Below are positions 33,867 to 43,708 of a stretch of 64,000 nucleotides of DNA, in pieces. The notes under the pieces were generated by a model, which was not told the origin of the DNA, did no database searches, and saw nothing but the letters and a program-made list of their open reading frames with translations. Origin of the DNA: Streptomyces sp. ICBB 8177 (GTDB taxonomy: Bacteria > Actinomycetota > Actinomycetes > Streptomycetales > Streptomycetaceae). How positions within the stretch are numbered: position 1 is the stretch's first letter; each line of letters opens with the position of its first letter. The position numbers were made by a program, and so were the translations under genes. The stretch spans positions 201,198 to 265,197 of the forward strand of contig NZ_NSKH01000024.1 of assembly GCF_003144095.1 (NCBI RefSeq), in the 5' to 3' direction.

Positions 33867-34166
33867 GTGCGTTCACCCGAAGCCCGCGCCCGCGAGGTCG
33901 CCGACCGGCTGGCGGCCGCGACCGGCACCGAGGCCCGCACCCTCGCGACCCCGGAGGCCATCCGGGTCGAGGTCTACGTCCCCGACGAGATCCCGGAGCC
34001 GCTGCACACCGCCCTCGTCGACGCCCTGCGCCGCGCCGACCGCTACGGGCACGCGCGCACGGCGGACGCGGCGGTGGCGTGGGCGGAGATCACCCGTACC
34101 GGCCGGGGCGACGTGCCCGGCGAAGAGCACGACCACCCACCCCAGCCCCAGGAGGGAACGCCATGA
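33867..34166 (+). CDS. Hypothetical protein (about 99 aa), translationally coupled to peptide copy 2
   Basis: Very high GC3. GTG with a GGGGA RBS; an alternative ATG lies at 33831. Stop TGA overlaps the ATG of the peptide gene (ATGA). Confidence 0.5.
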   Translation: MRSPEARAREVADRLAAATGTEARTLATPEAIRVEVYVPDEIPEPLHTALVDALRRADRYGHARTADAAVAWAEITRTGRGDVPGEEHDHPPQPQEGTP

Positions 34167-34297
34167 GGATCGAGATCCTGACGCACGCAGGCGGCGACGG
34201 CGGCGACAGCCTCCCCGGCCAGCCCTGGCAGCCCCCGCAGGAGCCGCCGAGCCCGGACGGCGGCAGCCCCGAGGGGGACGGGAAGCACCGCAGGTGA
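34166..34297 (+). CDS. Small precursor-like peptide, copy 2 (43 aa), paralog of the 30007 gene
   Basis: GGAGG RBS. Product is MRIEILTHAGGDGGDSLPGQPWQPPQEPPSPDGGSPEGDGKHRR. The C-terminal 27 aa are nearly identical to copy 1. Stop TGA overlaps a GTG start (GTGA), as in copy 1. Confidence 0.65.
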   Translation, partial: RIEILTHAGGDGGDSLPGQPWQPPQEPPSPDGGSPEGDGKHRR

Positions 34298-34689
34298 CCG
34301 TGCGCGACACGGCGCGAGCGCGGCCCACCCGGCAGGAGCTGGGCCGCGCCCTGCGCGCCTCGGGTGCGCTGGGTCAGGCCTGGGTGCCCGCTTTCGAAGC
34401 GGTCGACCGGGCCGCGTTCCTGCCCGACGTGATGTGGCCGTACGACATGGCGACCGGCGCCAGTGCCACGGTGGACCGGCGCACCGATCCGGACGCCTGG
34501 TTCGCCTGCGCCGACCGCGATGTACCGATCACCACGCAGTGGGACGACGGCGCGCACGAAGGACCGGCGCCGGGGAGGGTCGCCACCTCGTCGTCGTCCA
34601 TGCCGTCGGTCGTCTTCCGGATGCTGGACGACCTCGCGCTGGTCCTCGCCGTCGGAACGCCTTCACAAGAAGTTCGCGGGGAACACTGA
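34294..34689 (+). pseudogene. Truncated paralog of the PIMT-family methyltransferase (N-terminal about 130 aa only)
   Basis: ...VPAFEAVDRAAFLPDVMWPYDM...ITTQWDDGAHEGPAPGRVATSSSSMPSVVFRMLDDL aligns to residues of about 25-115 of the 30155 protein, then ends in a stop before the SAM-binding motif. A lower-GC junction follows (ATCCACACATATGTTTGTCTGCATGATTTCGG). Confidence 0.65.
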
Positions 34690-34787
34690 AGATCCACACA
34701 TATGTTTGTCTGCATGATTTCGGTCTCAGCCCCCGGTCTTTCCCGATTCATTGCCCTGACGCGCCGGGGGTTCCCCGGGTCAGACGT

Positions 34788-36671
34788 TCACGCGCCGGGG
34801 AAGACCAGCGACTGCTCGCCGCCCAGGGTGGCCGGGGTGGTGTCCTGGAAGAGGGAGGCCGAGCCGTCCGGCCAGCGGGCGAGGATGTCGTCGGCGGAGG
34901 CGTTCGCCGTGTAGGCGCCGACCGTCATCGCCGCCGCGGACTTCCAGCGGGCGTTGGCGTTCAGCAGGCGGTGCTCGGTGCCCAGGCGGGACTGCGAGGT
35001 GGCCGGGTAGACGTCGAGTTCGCCGTCGATCCAGCGCACGGCCACGTCCCAGTTGGCGCCCGCGCCGCCGAAGTGGCCGGCCGCCACCGACACCGCGTAC
35101 TTCCACGTGGCGTTGGGGGCCAGCAGCCGGTGCTTGGTGCCGAAGGTGTTCGCGCCCACGCCGGTGTAGACGTCGACCTCGCCGTTGCTCCAGCGCACCA
35201 GCAGGTCGCTGACGTAACTGCCGTTGTGGAACTGGCCACCCGTGATCTGCGCGGCGTTCTTCCACGCCGATCCCGGCTTCGCCATCACGACCTCGTGGCC
35301 GAGCCCGGACGAGCCGAGATCGGGGAAGAGGCTGACGTGCCCGTCCGCCCAGCGCACCATCAGGTCGTACTGACCGCTGCCCGCGAAGTCGCCGGCCGTG
35401 ATGGTGGCCGCCTGCTTCCACGCGGCGTTCGGCGCCTTGAGCTGCTTCTCCGGCAGGAAGCCGCCGTTGCCGTCGCCGGGGTAGAGGGTGACCTCGCCGT
35501 CGTCCCACACCACGACCAGGTCGCCGTGGTGGTCACCGGTGAAGTCGCCGGACGCCAGCAGCTTGGCGTGCTTCCACAGCGCCGCCCCGCCGGGCAGCTT
35601 GGGCTGGAGGCCGGTGTACGGGGGCAGCGGCGTGGGCGGCTGCTGCTGTCCCGCGACCGCCCGGGCGAGCAGCGCGGCGGCGTCGGAGCCGAAGTACGTG
35701 CCGTAGCTGATGTAGTTGACGTCCTGGTCGTTGCCGCCGCCGTTGTAGCCGCCGAGGTCGCCGATGACGTGGCCGGAGGTGGCGCCGTCCGCGTAGTCGG
35801 TGATCCAGGGACTGCCGGAGACGCCGCCGTAGTAGCCGCCGCAGGTCATCGACATCTGCCGGAAGCCGGGCAACTGGGTCGTCGGCACCGTGCACTTGAT
35901 GGCCGAGCCGTTCGGGTTGTGTCCGTAGGCGGGGTAGCCGACGACGGTCACGTGCGGGTTGTCGTACGTCGTGGGCTCGGTGAAGGTCAGCCCGCCGCCG
36001 ACCGCGTCCTGCACCTGCTGCCCCTTCTGGTTGGGCGCCAGCGTGGCGAACGCCGTGTCCAGGTCGGAGGTGGGGCCCTTGGTGGTGTGCGAGCCCGGAT
36101 CGGGGGTGTAGCGCGGGTCGATGTAGACCTGCTGCACGGGGAAGATGCCGTACGGCTGGCCGGCGGGCGCGGCGCCCATCACGAAGTCCGGCACGAAGAC
36201 GTAGTTGGCGTGGATGCCCAGGCCGCAGTGGGCGGCGGTGAGGATGACGTCGCGGGCCGGGGTGTCGATGACGCTGCCGGTGCAGGTCCAGTCGGTGCCG
36301 GTGGGGCCGTCGGAGCCGAAGAAGGTGCCGACCAGCGGCGTGCCGCGGAAGAACGTGCCCTGCGGGACGCCCGCCCCCTTCGGCGTCATCGGCCGCATGC
36401 CGCCGCCGGTCCGCGCGTCCAGCGGGCGGGCGTTCGCCATCCGCTGGGCCGTCCAGTACGAGGCGGCGGCGCGCGCCTTGGCCCCGGGGTCGGCGGCGGG
36501 ACGCCTTGAAGCAGCGGCACCGGAGGCGTGGTGGGCGGCGGACGGGGCGGCCGGTTCGTGGTGGGCCGGAGAGGCGGCGGAGGCCTGCGCCCCGGTGAGT
36601 CCGAGGACCGCCGCACAGACGGCGGCCAGCGCCGCCAGACGCGACGAGCGTCGCGAGTACCGCGAAGACAA
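34788..36671 (-). CDS. Secreted trypsin-like (S1 family) serine protease fused to a C-terminal FG-GAP/VCBS repeat domain
   Basis: Signal peptide, TAAHCG histidine motif, GDSGGP-like region (GGVSGSPW), then repeated FxGDxxGDG FG-GAP-type units. TTG start. Confidence 0.7.
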   Translation of the reverse strand: MSSRYSRRSSRLAALAAVCAAVLGLTGAQASAASPAHHEPAAPSAAHHASGAAASRRPAADPGAKARAAASYWTAQRMANARPLDARTGGGMRPMTPKGAGVPQGTFFRGTPLVGTFFGSDGPTGTDWTCTGSVIDTPARDVILTAAHCGLGIHANYVFVPDFVMGAAPAGQPYGIFPVQQVYIDPRYTPDPGSHTTKGPTSDLDTAFATLAPNQKGQQVQDAVGGGLTFTEPTTYDNPHVTVVGYPAYGHNPNGSAIKCTVPTTQLPGFRQMSMTCGGYYGGVSGSPWITDYADGATSGHVIGDLGGYNGGGNDQDVNYISYGTYFGSDAAALLARAVAGQQQPPTPLPPYTGLQPKLPGGAALWKHAKLLASGDFTGDHHGDLVVVWDDGEVTLYPGDGNGGFLPEKQLKAPNAAWKQAATITAGDFAGSGQYDLMVRWADGHVSLFPDLGSSGLGHEVVMAKPGSAWKNAAQITGGQFHNGSYVSDLLVRWSNGEVDVYTGVGANTFGTKHRLLAPNATWKYAVSVAAGHFGGAGANWDVAVRWIDGELDVYPATSQSRLGTEHRLLNANARWKSAAAMTVGAYTANASADDILARWPDGSASLFQDTTPATLGGEQSLVFPGA

Positions 36672-37052
36672 AGGAGTGTTCCCCCCAAGCGATGAAACGA
36701 TCCGCGCGGCAGTGGTCCCGCGCCGTCACATACGCCTGCCGCGGCCGTGGTGTTCAACCGGCGGAGGCGGTGCCTCCGCCGCTGTCACGCAGCGGACATC
36801 AGCGGCACAACGGCACCACACCGACATCTCACAGCCACTGAACAGGCAAATGTGATCGCCGGATTGTCGCACAAGGAAGTAGAGTGCCCAGGCTCGAACA
36901 CTCTCTTCACACACCGGACACGTTCTCCGCGTCGTCGTGGTGTCCGGCCGTGCGCGACAGCACCACACCACGCGCGCGGGTGCGCACCCCACCTCGCACC
37001 GTCCTCGTCGAAGACAGTCGCACCGTCCTTTTCAGAACAGAAGGGCACTTAC

Positions 37053-39167
37053 TTGCGCTCGACCGAAAGTCCCACGGGGGGACCCGGCGGCAGACGCGGA
37101 CGGCGGGTGGCCTCGGCCGCGACCGCCGCGCTGTCCACCGCCGCACTCGTCTCCGGCGGCCTGCTCGCTGCGACCCCGTCGCTCGCCGCCGCACCGGCCG
37201 CGCCCACCACGGCCCCGCACACCGCGACCGCGCACACCACGGCTCCGGCCGCGCGCACCGCGGCCACCCGCGCCGCGGCCCCGGCCGCCACGCACTCCAC
37301 CCCGGTCACGCACTCCGCCGTGGCCGTCAGGCACCTGTGCGCGCAGCCGACCAGGCCGGGCGAGATGGCCTGCCTCGCCGAGGCACGCACCGACGTCGTC
37401 CAGCGGATGAGCGTCGCCCCGAACGCCACGCCGTCCGGCTACGGCCCGGCGGACCTGCACAGCGCCTACAACCTGCCGTCCGGCAGCGCCGGCGCGGGCC
37501 AGACCGTGGCCATCGTGGACGCCCAGGACGACCCCAACGCCGAGGCCGACCTCGCCGCGTACCGCGCGCAGTACGGACTGCCGGCCTGCACCACCGCCGA
37601 CGGCTGCTTCCACAAGGTGGACCAGAACGGCGGCACCAGCTACCCGGCCGCCGACGCCGGCTGGGCCGGCGAGATCTCGCTCGACCTCGACATGGTCAGC
37701 GCGACCTGCCCGCAGTGCCACATCCTGCTGGTCGAGGCCAACTCGCCGTCGATGGACGACCTGGGCACCGCGGTCGACCGCGCCGTGGCCATGGGCGCCA
37801 AGTACGTCTCCAACTCCTACGGCGGCTCCGAGGACCCCAGCGAGGTCAAGGCCGACCTGGCGTACTTCGACCACCCGGGCGTGGCCATCACCGCCAGCGC
37901 CGGCGACACCGCCTACGGCGCGCAGTACCCGGCCGCCTCCCCGTTCGTCACCTCCGTGGGCGGCACGGCGCTCAGCCACGCCGCCAACTCCCGCGGCTGG
38001 AGCGAGTCGGTGTGGTCGACCAGCGCCGCCGAGGGCACCGGCTCCGGCTGCTCGGCGGACGAGGCCAAGCCGTCCTGGCAGAAGGACACCGGCTGCTCGC
38101 ACCGGACCATCTCGGACGTCTCCGCCGTCGCCGACCCGGCCACCGGCGTCGCCGTCTACGACACGTACCAGGCCTCCGGCTGGGACGTCTACGGCGGCAC
38201 CAGCGCCTCGTCGCCGATCATCGCCTCGGTCTACGCGCTGGCGGGCACGCCGGCCGCCGGCACCGTCCCGGCTTCGTACCCGTACGCGGACACCGCGGCC
38301 CTCAACGACGTGACCTCCGGCTCCAACGGCTCCTGCGGCGGCAGTTACCTGTGCACCGCGGGCACCGGCTACGACGGCCCGACCGGCCTCGGCACCCCCA
38401 ACGGCACCGCGGCCTTCACCGCCCCGGCGGGCAACGGCACCACCCTGGCCTCCGGCCAGGAGCTGCTGCCGGGCCAGAGCCTGAGCAACGCCGCGATGAC
38501 GCTGACCATGCAGACCGACGGCAACCTCGTCGCGTACCTGAAGACCGGCGCCAGCGGCAACGGCCCCGCGGTGTGGTCCAGCCACACCAACGGCAACACC
38601 GGCGCGTACGCGGTCATGCAGATGGACGGCAACTTCGTCGTCTACAAGAAGGGCGGCGGCCCCGCGAGCGGCGGCGCGCTGTGGTCCAGCGGCTCCTACG
38701 GCCACGGCGGCGCGTACGCCTCGCTCCAGTCGGACGGCAACCTCGTCGTCTACAAGGGCAGCAGCGCGCTGTGGTCGAGCGGCACCTGGCGCCGGTCGGC
38801 GACCATCGCCTCCAACACCAAGATGACCGCCGGCTGGTGGACGCAGAGCACCACCACCCGTCTGGTCGTGCAGGCGGACGGCAACCTGGTGCTGTACCGC
38901 AACAGTGACGGCGTGGCGCTGTGGTCGGCCAAGTCCAGCGGCAACGCGGGCGCGTACGCCTACATGCAGAGCGACGGCAACTTCGTCGTCTACAAGTCCA
39001 CCGGCGCCCCCGGCAAGGGCGGCGCGCTGTGGTCCAGCGGCACCTACGGCAACACCGGCGCGTACGCGATCGCCCAGAACGACGGCAACCTCGTCGTGTA
39101 CAAGAAGGGCGGCAGCGCCACCGCGGGCGGCCAGCTGTGGTCCACCGGCACCTCCGGCAAGGTCTGA
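37053..39167 (+). CDS. Secreted S53/sedolisin-like peptidase fused to C-terminal bulb-type (B-) lectin repeats
   Basis: Tat/Sec-like signal ([14 protein letters not shown]). Peptidase core with SGDTAYG...GGTSASSP. Six QxDGNxVxY lectin repeats ([27 protein letters not shown]...). TTG start is tentative. Confidence 0.65.
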   Translation: MRSTESPTGGPGGRRGRRVASAATAALSTAALVSGGLLAATPSLAAAPAAPTTAPHTATAHTTAPAARTAATRAAAPAATHSTPVTHSAVAVRHLCAQPTRPGEMACLAEARTDVVQRMSVAPNATPSGYGPADLHSAYNLPSGSAGAGQTVAIVDAQDDPNAEADLAAYRAQYGLPACTTADGCFHKVDQNGGTSYPAADAGWAGEISLDLDMVSATCPQCHILLVEANSPSMDDLGTAVDRAVAMGAKYVSNSYGGSEDPSEVKADLAYFDHPGVAITASAGDTAYGAQYPAASPFVTSVGGTALSHAANSRGWSESVWSTSAAEGTGSGCSADEAKPSWQKDTGCSHRTISDVSAVADPATGVAVYDTYQASGWDVYGGTSASSPIIASVYALAGTPAAGTVPASYPYADTAALNDVTSGSNGSCGGSYLCTAGTGYDGPTGLGTPNGTAAFTAPAGNGTTLASGQELLPGQSLSNAAMTLTMQTDGNLVAYLKTGASGNGPAVWSSHTNGNTGAYAVMQMDGNFVVYKKGGGPASGGALWSSGSYGHGGAYASLQSDGNLVVYKGSSALWSSGTWRRSATIASNTKMTAGWWTQSTTTRLVVQADGNLVLYRNSDGVALWSAKSSGNAGAYAYMQSDGNFVVYKSTGAPGKGGALWSSGTYGNTGAYAIAQNDGNLVVYKKGGSATAGGQLWSTGTSGKV

Positions 39168-39318
39168 CCGAAGGCCTTCCACCGCACCCAGCCCGCCCCG
39201 CCCGGCCTCGACCGCCGGGCGGGGCGGGCGTTTTCACGCATGGGTACGGCAGGCGCGGGCCGTGCGTCATCATGGCGGCCACCACATCGTTGACCGACGA
39301 GCGCAGCGGAGGCCTCAG

Positions 39319-40500
39319 ATGGGCCAGCCCTACGGCGGCTACCAGGACGAGATCTACCTCAACGGACTGGCCGGGATCGTCCCGTCCTATCCGCTCACGT
39401 TCGAGGGCCTTCAGGCCGGTGCGCGTGCCGCGTTGCCACCCTCGGTGTGGTCCTACGTGGCGGGCGGCGCCGGCGACGAGCACACCCAGCGCGCCAACGC
39501 GGCGGCCTTCACCCGCTGGGGCCTGGTGCCGCGGATGTTCGTCGGCGCCACCCGACGCGACCTGTCGGTCGAGCTGTTCGGCACGCGGTGGCCGTCGCCG
39601 GTGTTCATGGCGCCGATCGGTGTGATCGGGCTGTGCGCGCAGGACGGGCACGGCGACCTGGCGACCGCCGACGCCGCCGCCCGCACCGGCGTGCCGATGG
39701 TCGCCTCGACGCTGTCCGCCGATCCGCTGGAGGACGTGGCGGCGCGCTTCGGACAGACCCCCGGCTTCTTCCAGCTCTACACCCCGACCGACCGGGCGCT
39801 GGCCGAGAGCCTGGTGCACCGGGCGGAGCGCGCCGGGTTCCGCGGCATCGTGGTCACCCTCGACACCTGGATCACCGGCTGGCGCCCGCGCGACCTGTCC
39901 ACGGGCAACTTCCCCCAATTGCGCGGGAATTGTCTCGTCAACTACACCACCGACCCGGTATTCCGGGCGAGTCTGCCCCGGCCACCCGAGCAGGACCCGC
40001 AAGGGGCGGTGCTGCGCTGGACGCAGGTCTTCGGCAACCCGCTCACCTGGGACGACCTGCCCTGGCTGCGCTCGCTCACCCAACTGCCGCTGATCGTGAA
40101 GGGGTTGTGCCACCCGGAAGACGTGCGACGGGCGAAGGACCTCGGCGTGGACGGCGTCTACTGCTCCAACCACGGCGGCCGCCAGGCCAACGGCGGCCTC
40201 GCGGCGCTGGACGCGCTGCCCGGCGTGGTCGAGGCGGCGGACGGGCTGCCGGTGCTGTTCGACTCCGGGGTGCGCTCCGGCACGGACGTCGTCAAGGCGC
40301 TCGCCCTCGGCGCGAGCGCGGTGGGCATCGGCCGCCCCTACGCGTACGGGCTGGCGCTGGGCGGGACCGACGGCGTGGTCCACGTCCTGCGCTCGTTCCT
40401 GGCGGAGGCCGACCTGCTGATGGCGGTCGACGGCTATCCCACGCCGGACGCGCTCAGGCAGGACGGGGCGCTGCGTCCGGTGCCGGGAGGCGCAGGGTGA
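39319..40500 (+). CDS. FMN-dependent alpha-hydroxy-acid dehydrogenase/oxidase (lactate 2-monooxygenase-like)
   Basis: TIM-barrel FMN motifs (SNHGGRQ, GIGRPY) and overall family layout. Confidence 0.82.
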   Translation: MGQPYGGYQDEIYLNGLAGIVPSYPLTFEGLQAGARAALPPSVWSYVAGGAGDEHTQRANAAAFTRWGLVPRMFVGATRRDLSVELFGTRWPSPVFMAPIGVIGLCAQDGHGDLATADAAARTGVPMVASTLSADPLEDVAARFGQTPGFFQLYTPTDRALAESLVHRAERAGFRGIVVTLDTWITGWRPRDLSTGNFPQLRGNCLVNYTTDPVFRASLPRPPEQDPQGAVLRWTQVFGNPLTWDDLPWLRSLTQLPLIVKGLCHPEDVRRAKDLGVDGVYCSNHGGRQANGGLAALDALPGVVEAADGLPVLFDSGVRSGTDVVKALALGASAVGIGRPYAYGLALGGTDGVVHVLRSFLAEADLLMAVDGYPTPDALRQDGALRPVPGGAG

Positions 40501-41683
40501 CCACGAGGCCGCCGGTGGACGGCGCCCGGAGCGTGACCCGGCCGCCGTGCGCCTCGGTGACGGCCCGCACGATGGACAGGCCCAGGCCCGTGCCGTCCGC
40601 GCGGCCCGAACGGGTGTGGCGGCCCCGGTGGAACGGCTCGAACAACTCCTCGGCCGTGCCGTCGTCCAGCACCGGGCCGTCGTTGCGCACGACCAGCTCC
40701 GCCTGACCGGATTCCGTGCGGCGGGTGGTGACGCTCAGCAGCCCGCCGTCGCGGTTGTACTTGACCGCGTTCTCCACGATGTTGCCGACCGCGATGCCCA
40801 GCAGCGCCACGTTGCCGCGCACCGGGGCCGCAGGCAGGTCGGCGGTCAGGCGCAGGCCGCGTTCCGCCCGCCGCAGCTCCACCTGGTCCAGCGCCTCGGC
40901 GGCGAGGTCGGCCAGGTCGTCCACCTCGTCCTCGGTCATCCGCTGCTCGGAGCGGGCGAGGACCAGCAGCGCGTCGGTGAGCCGCTGGGCGTGAAGGGTG
41001 GACTGGCTGACGTCCTGCGCCATCGTGCGCCACTGCTCCTCGGTGACGCTGGGCTTGGCGAGGGTGACCTCGACGGCGGCCCGGGTCAGCGCGAGCGGGG
41101 TGCGCAGCTCGTGGCTGGCGTTGGCGACGAAGCGGCGCTGCGCGGCGAACGCGGCGTCCAGCCGCTCCAGCATCCGGTCGAATGTGTCGCCCAGCTCCTT
41201 CAACTCGTCCGCCGGACCAGGCAGGTTGAGGCGTTCGTGCAGCGTGGTGCCGGTGGCCCGGCGGGCGGCTGCGGTGATCGCGGCGATCGGCCGCAGCATC
41301 CTTCCCGCGATCCACCAGCCCAGCAGCGCCGACACCGCGACCACCACCAGCAGCAGCACCAGCGCGATGCGCAGCAGGTGAGAGGCGGCGGCGTCGCGGA
41401 TCTGGTCGCTGAGCCCCACGAAGTGGTCGTGGTCGGGGTCGAGGCGGCTGGGGATCTCGCTGTCGGGCAGCGGCCTGAACAGCAGGTGGTAGAACGCGGT
41501 CGTCATCGCCAGCACCAGCACGCCGCCGCCGAGGGTGAACAGGCCCGCGTAGATCAGGGTGAGGCGCGTCCTGATGGTCAGCGCGGGCTTGGGCACCCGC
41601 TCCGCGAGGCGGCGCAGCCGAGCGCGCGAATTCGCCAGCGGGCCGGAGGGGGGCGCGGACGTGGTTTCCGGCGGGGGTGTCAT
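40454..41683 (-). CDS. Two-component sensor histidine kinase
   Basis: Two TM helices, HAMP, H-box [18 protein letters not shown], and HATPase_c ([12 protein letters not shown]). Start overlaps the response-regulator stop (ATGA). Confidence 0.85.
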   Translation of the reverse strand: MTPPPETTSAPPSGPLANSRARLRRLAERVPKPALTIRTRLTLIYAGLFTLGGGVLVLAMTTAFYHLLFRPLPDSEIPSRLDPDHDHFVGLSDQIRDAAASHLLRIALVLLLVVVAVSALLGWWIAGRMLRPIAAITAAARRATGTTLHERLNLPGPADELKELGDTFDRMLERLDAAFAAQRRFVANASHELRTPLALTRAAVEVTLAKPSVTEEQWRTMAQDVSQSTLHAQRLTDALLVLARSEQRMTEDEVDDLADLAAEALDQVELRRAERGLRLTADLPAAPVRGNVALLGIAVGNIVENAVKYNRDGGLLSVTTRRTESGQAELVVRNDGPVLDDGTAEELFEPFHRGRHTRSGRADGTGLGLSIVRAVTEAHGGRVTLRAPSTGGLVVTLRLPAPDAAPRPA

Positions 41684-42348
41684 GGCCGCGCGATCCGGTA
41701 CCCGGCGCCGACCACCGTCTCGATGGGATCGGGCGCGCCCAGCTTGCGCCGCAGCCGGTTGACGGTGACCCGGACGGTGTTGGTGAACGGGTCGGCGTGC
41801 TCGTCCCACGCCCGCTCCAGCAGTTGCTCCTGGCTGAGCACGGCGCCGTCGGCCGCCAGCAGCAGCCGCAGCACGGTGAACTCCTTCGCGGTCAGCGCGA
41901 CCGGCCGCCCGGCGCGCAGCACGACGCGGCGCAGGGTGTCCATGGTGATGTCACCGTCGCCCCAGGTCAGCACCGCGCTGTGGGAGCGGCCGCGGCGGCC
42001 CAGCGCCTGCACGCGCAGCACCAGTTCCGCGAACGAGAACGGCTTGCCCAGGTAGTCGTCGGCGCCCAGGGTCAGCCCGTCGACCCGGTCGTCGGTTCCG
42101 GACAGGGCGGTCAGCATGAGGATCATCGGCGCGTCGGCCCGCCCGGACAGCGCCCGGCACACGTCGTCGCCGGACAGCCCTGGCAGGTCGCGGTCGAGGA
42201 CGAGGACCTGGTAGCCCTCGTTGACGCCGAGCTTGTCCAGGGCGTCGGCGCCGTCGTGGCTGACGTCCACCGCCATGCCACGGTCGCGCAGCCCCTCGGC
42301 GATCCGGGCGGCCAGGCGTTCCTCGTCCTCCACGACAAGAATGCGCAT
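41680..42348 (-). CDS. OmpR-family response regulator
   Basis: MRILVVEDEERL receiver domain and wHTH output (LTAKEFTVLRLL...GYRIARP). Confidence 0.85.
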   Translation of the reverse strand: MRILVVEDEERLAARIAEGLRDRGMAVDVSHDGADALDKLGVNEGYQVLVLDRDLPGLSGDDVCRALSGRADAPMILMLTALSGTDDRVDGLTLGADDYLGKPFSFAELVLRVQALGRRGRSHSAVLTWGDGDITMDTLRRVVLRAGRPVALTAKEFTVLRLLLAADGAVLSQEQLLERAWDEHADPFTNTVRVTVNRLRRKLGAPDPIETVVGAGYRIARP

Positions 42349-42352
42349 GCTG

Positions 42353-43222
42353 TCATCCTCCGTCAGGACCGCGCGGGGCGGCAGCCGGGGCCACGTCACG
42401 CCGCGAACCGTCGAGGCCGTCGACCCGGCGCACCTGTCCGGCCGGGTCCACGGTGAGCGACCAGTACCCGTCGCGCCGGGCCAGCGCCTCCAGCCAGGCG
42501 TGGGCGTCGTCCACGCGGTCCGCGGTGGCCGCCCTCGCCATGGCCGCGGTCGCGTAGCCGTCGGCCAGCGCGAGATCGGGGCCGACGACGGTGACCTGCG
42601 CGAGCCCGGCGGCCGGGCGCCCGGTGCCGGGGTGCCACACGTGGAAGCCGCGTTCCGCCGTGCCCGAGGTGGCCACCGCGGCGTCACTCAGCGGGAGCAC
42701 CGCCAGCACGCCGCCGGGCCGGTGCGGATCGGTCACGCCCACCCGCCAGGGCCCGCCGCCCCACCCGCCGCGCACCCGTACGTCGCCTCCCGCGTTGAGG
42801 GCGAAGGCGGCCAGGCGTTCCGCGAGCAGGGCGGCGGCGCGTTCCGCGGCCCAGCCCTTGACGGCGCCGCACGGGTCGAAGCCCGGCGGGTCGCCGACCG
42901 CCCAGGCGTCGAACGCGCCGCCGCTGTCCGCGTGCAGCCGGTCGCACAACCGCAGGACCTCGGTCAGCAGCGGCCCTTCCGGGTGCCCGGGCAGGTCGGC
43001 GGTGCGCAGCCGGCCGTCCCTGATCCGGCTGACCGGGCTGTCCGGCCGGTACGGGGAGAAGACCTCGTCCAGCCGCCGCAGTTCGTCGAACGCCTCGCGC
43101 GCGGCGGCCCGGAACGCCTCCTCGCCGACCGCGCCGGGCGCCGCGAGGGAGACGACGGTGCCCATGACGTGGGTGACGGCTGTGCGCAGCGGGCCCGGCC
43201 GGCTCCGGACCGCGGAAGTCAT
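42353..43222 (-). CDS. FAD:protein FMN transferase (ApbE family)
   Basis: ApbE-like motifs (HVMGT, DAWAVGDP, GAVKGWAAE, TSGTAERG). Confidence 0.78.
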   Translation of the reverse strand: MTSAVRSRPGPLRTAVTHVMGTVVSLAAPGAVGEEAFRAAAREAFDELRRLDEVFSPYRPDSPVSRIRDGRLRTADLPGHPEGPLLTEVLRLCDRLHADSGGAFDAWAVGDPPGFDPCGAVKGWAAERAAALLAERLAAFALNAGGDVRVRGGWGGGPWRVGVTDPHRPGGVLAVLPLSDAAVATSGTAERGFHVWHPGTGRPAAGLAQVTVVGPDLALADGYATAAMARAATADRVDDAHAWLEALARRDGYWSLTVDPAGQVRRVDGLDGSRRDVAPAAAPRGPDGG

Positions 43223-43685
43223 CGGCGGGCCGCGTCCAGGGCGGCCTGGAGGGAGCGGGCGTACCCGCTGGAGGTGTAGGTGGCGCCGGAGACCACGTCG
43301 ATGTCGGCGCCCTGGGCGGTCAGCGCCTCCGACCTGAGCACCGGCAGCGCGTAGGCGTCGATCTGGTCGCTGCGACCGCCGTGCGTCTGCTGGAGCACGG
43401 TCACGTCGGTGAGCTTGCCGCCGCGCACGACGGCCTCGACCTGGACGGTGCCGTAGGGGGTCTGTTCGGCGGCACCGGTGAAGGTGCCGGTGGCGGCGGA
43501 CGTGGCCCGGGGGGCGGTCGTGGTCGTGGGGGCGGCCGGGGTGCCGGAGGCCGGTCCCGCGGCGCGGTCGGCGCCGGTCAGGGCGGAGCGGGGCCGGCCG
43601 CCCGTCTCTGCCCTGACCCCGATCAGCAGCGCGACCGAACAGCCGGTCAACGCGAGGGCGGCGGTGGTCGCACGCATGATGTCGT
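43219..43685 (-). CDS. FMN-binding domain lipoprotein
   Basis: Lipobox LTGCS. C-terminal FMN_bind pattern (VSGATYTSSGYARSLQAAL) whose Thr is the usual ApbE flavinylation target. Start overlaps the ApbE gene (ATGA). Confidence 0.7.
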
Positions 43686-43708
43686 CCCTCCTCAGGGATC
43701 GCCGGGTG

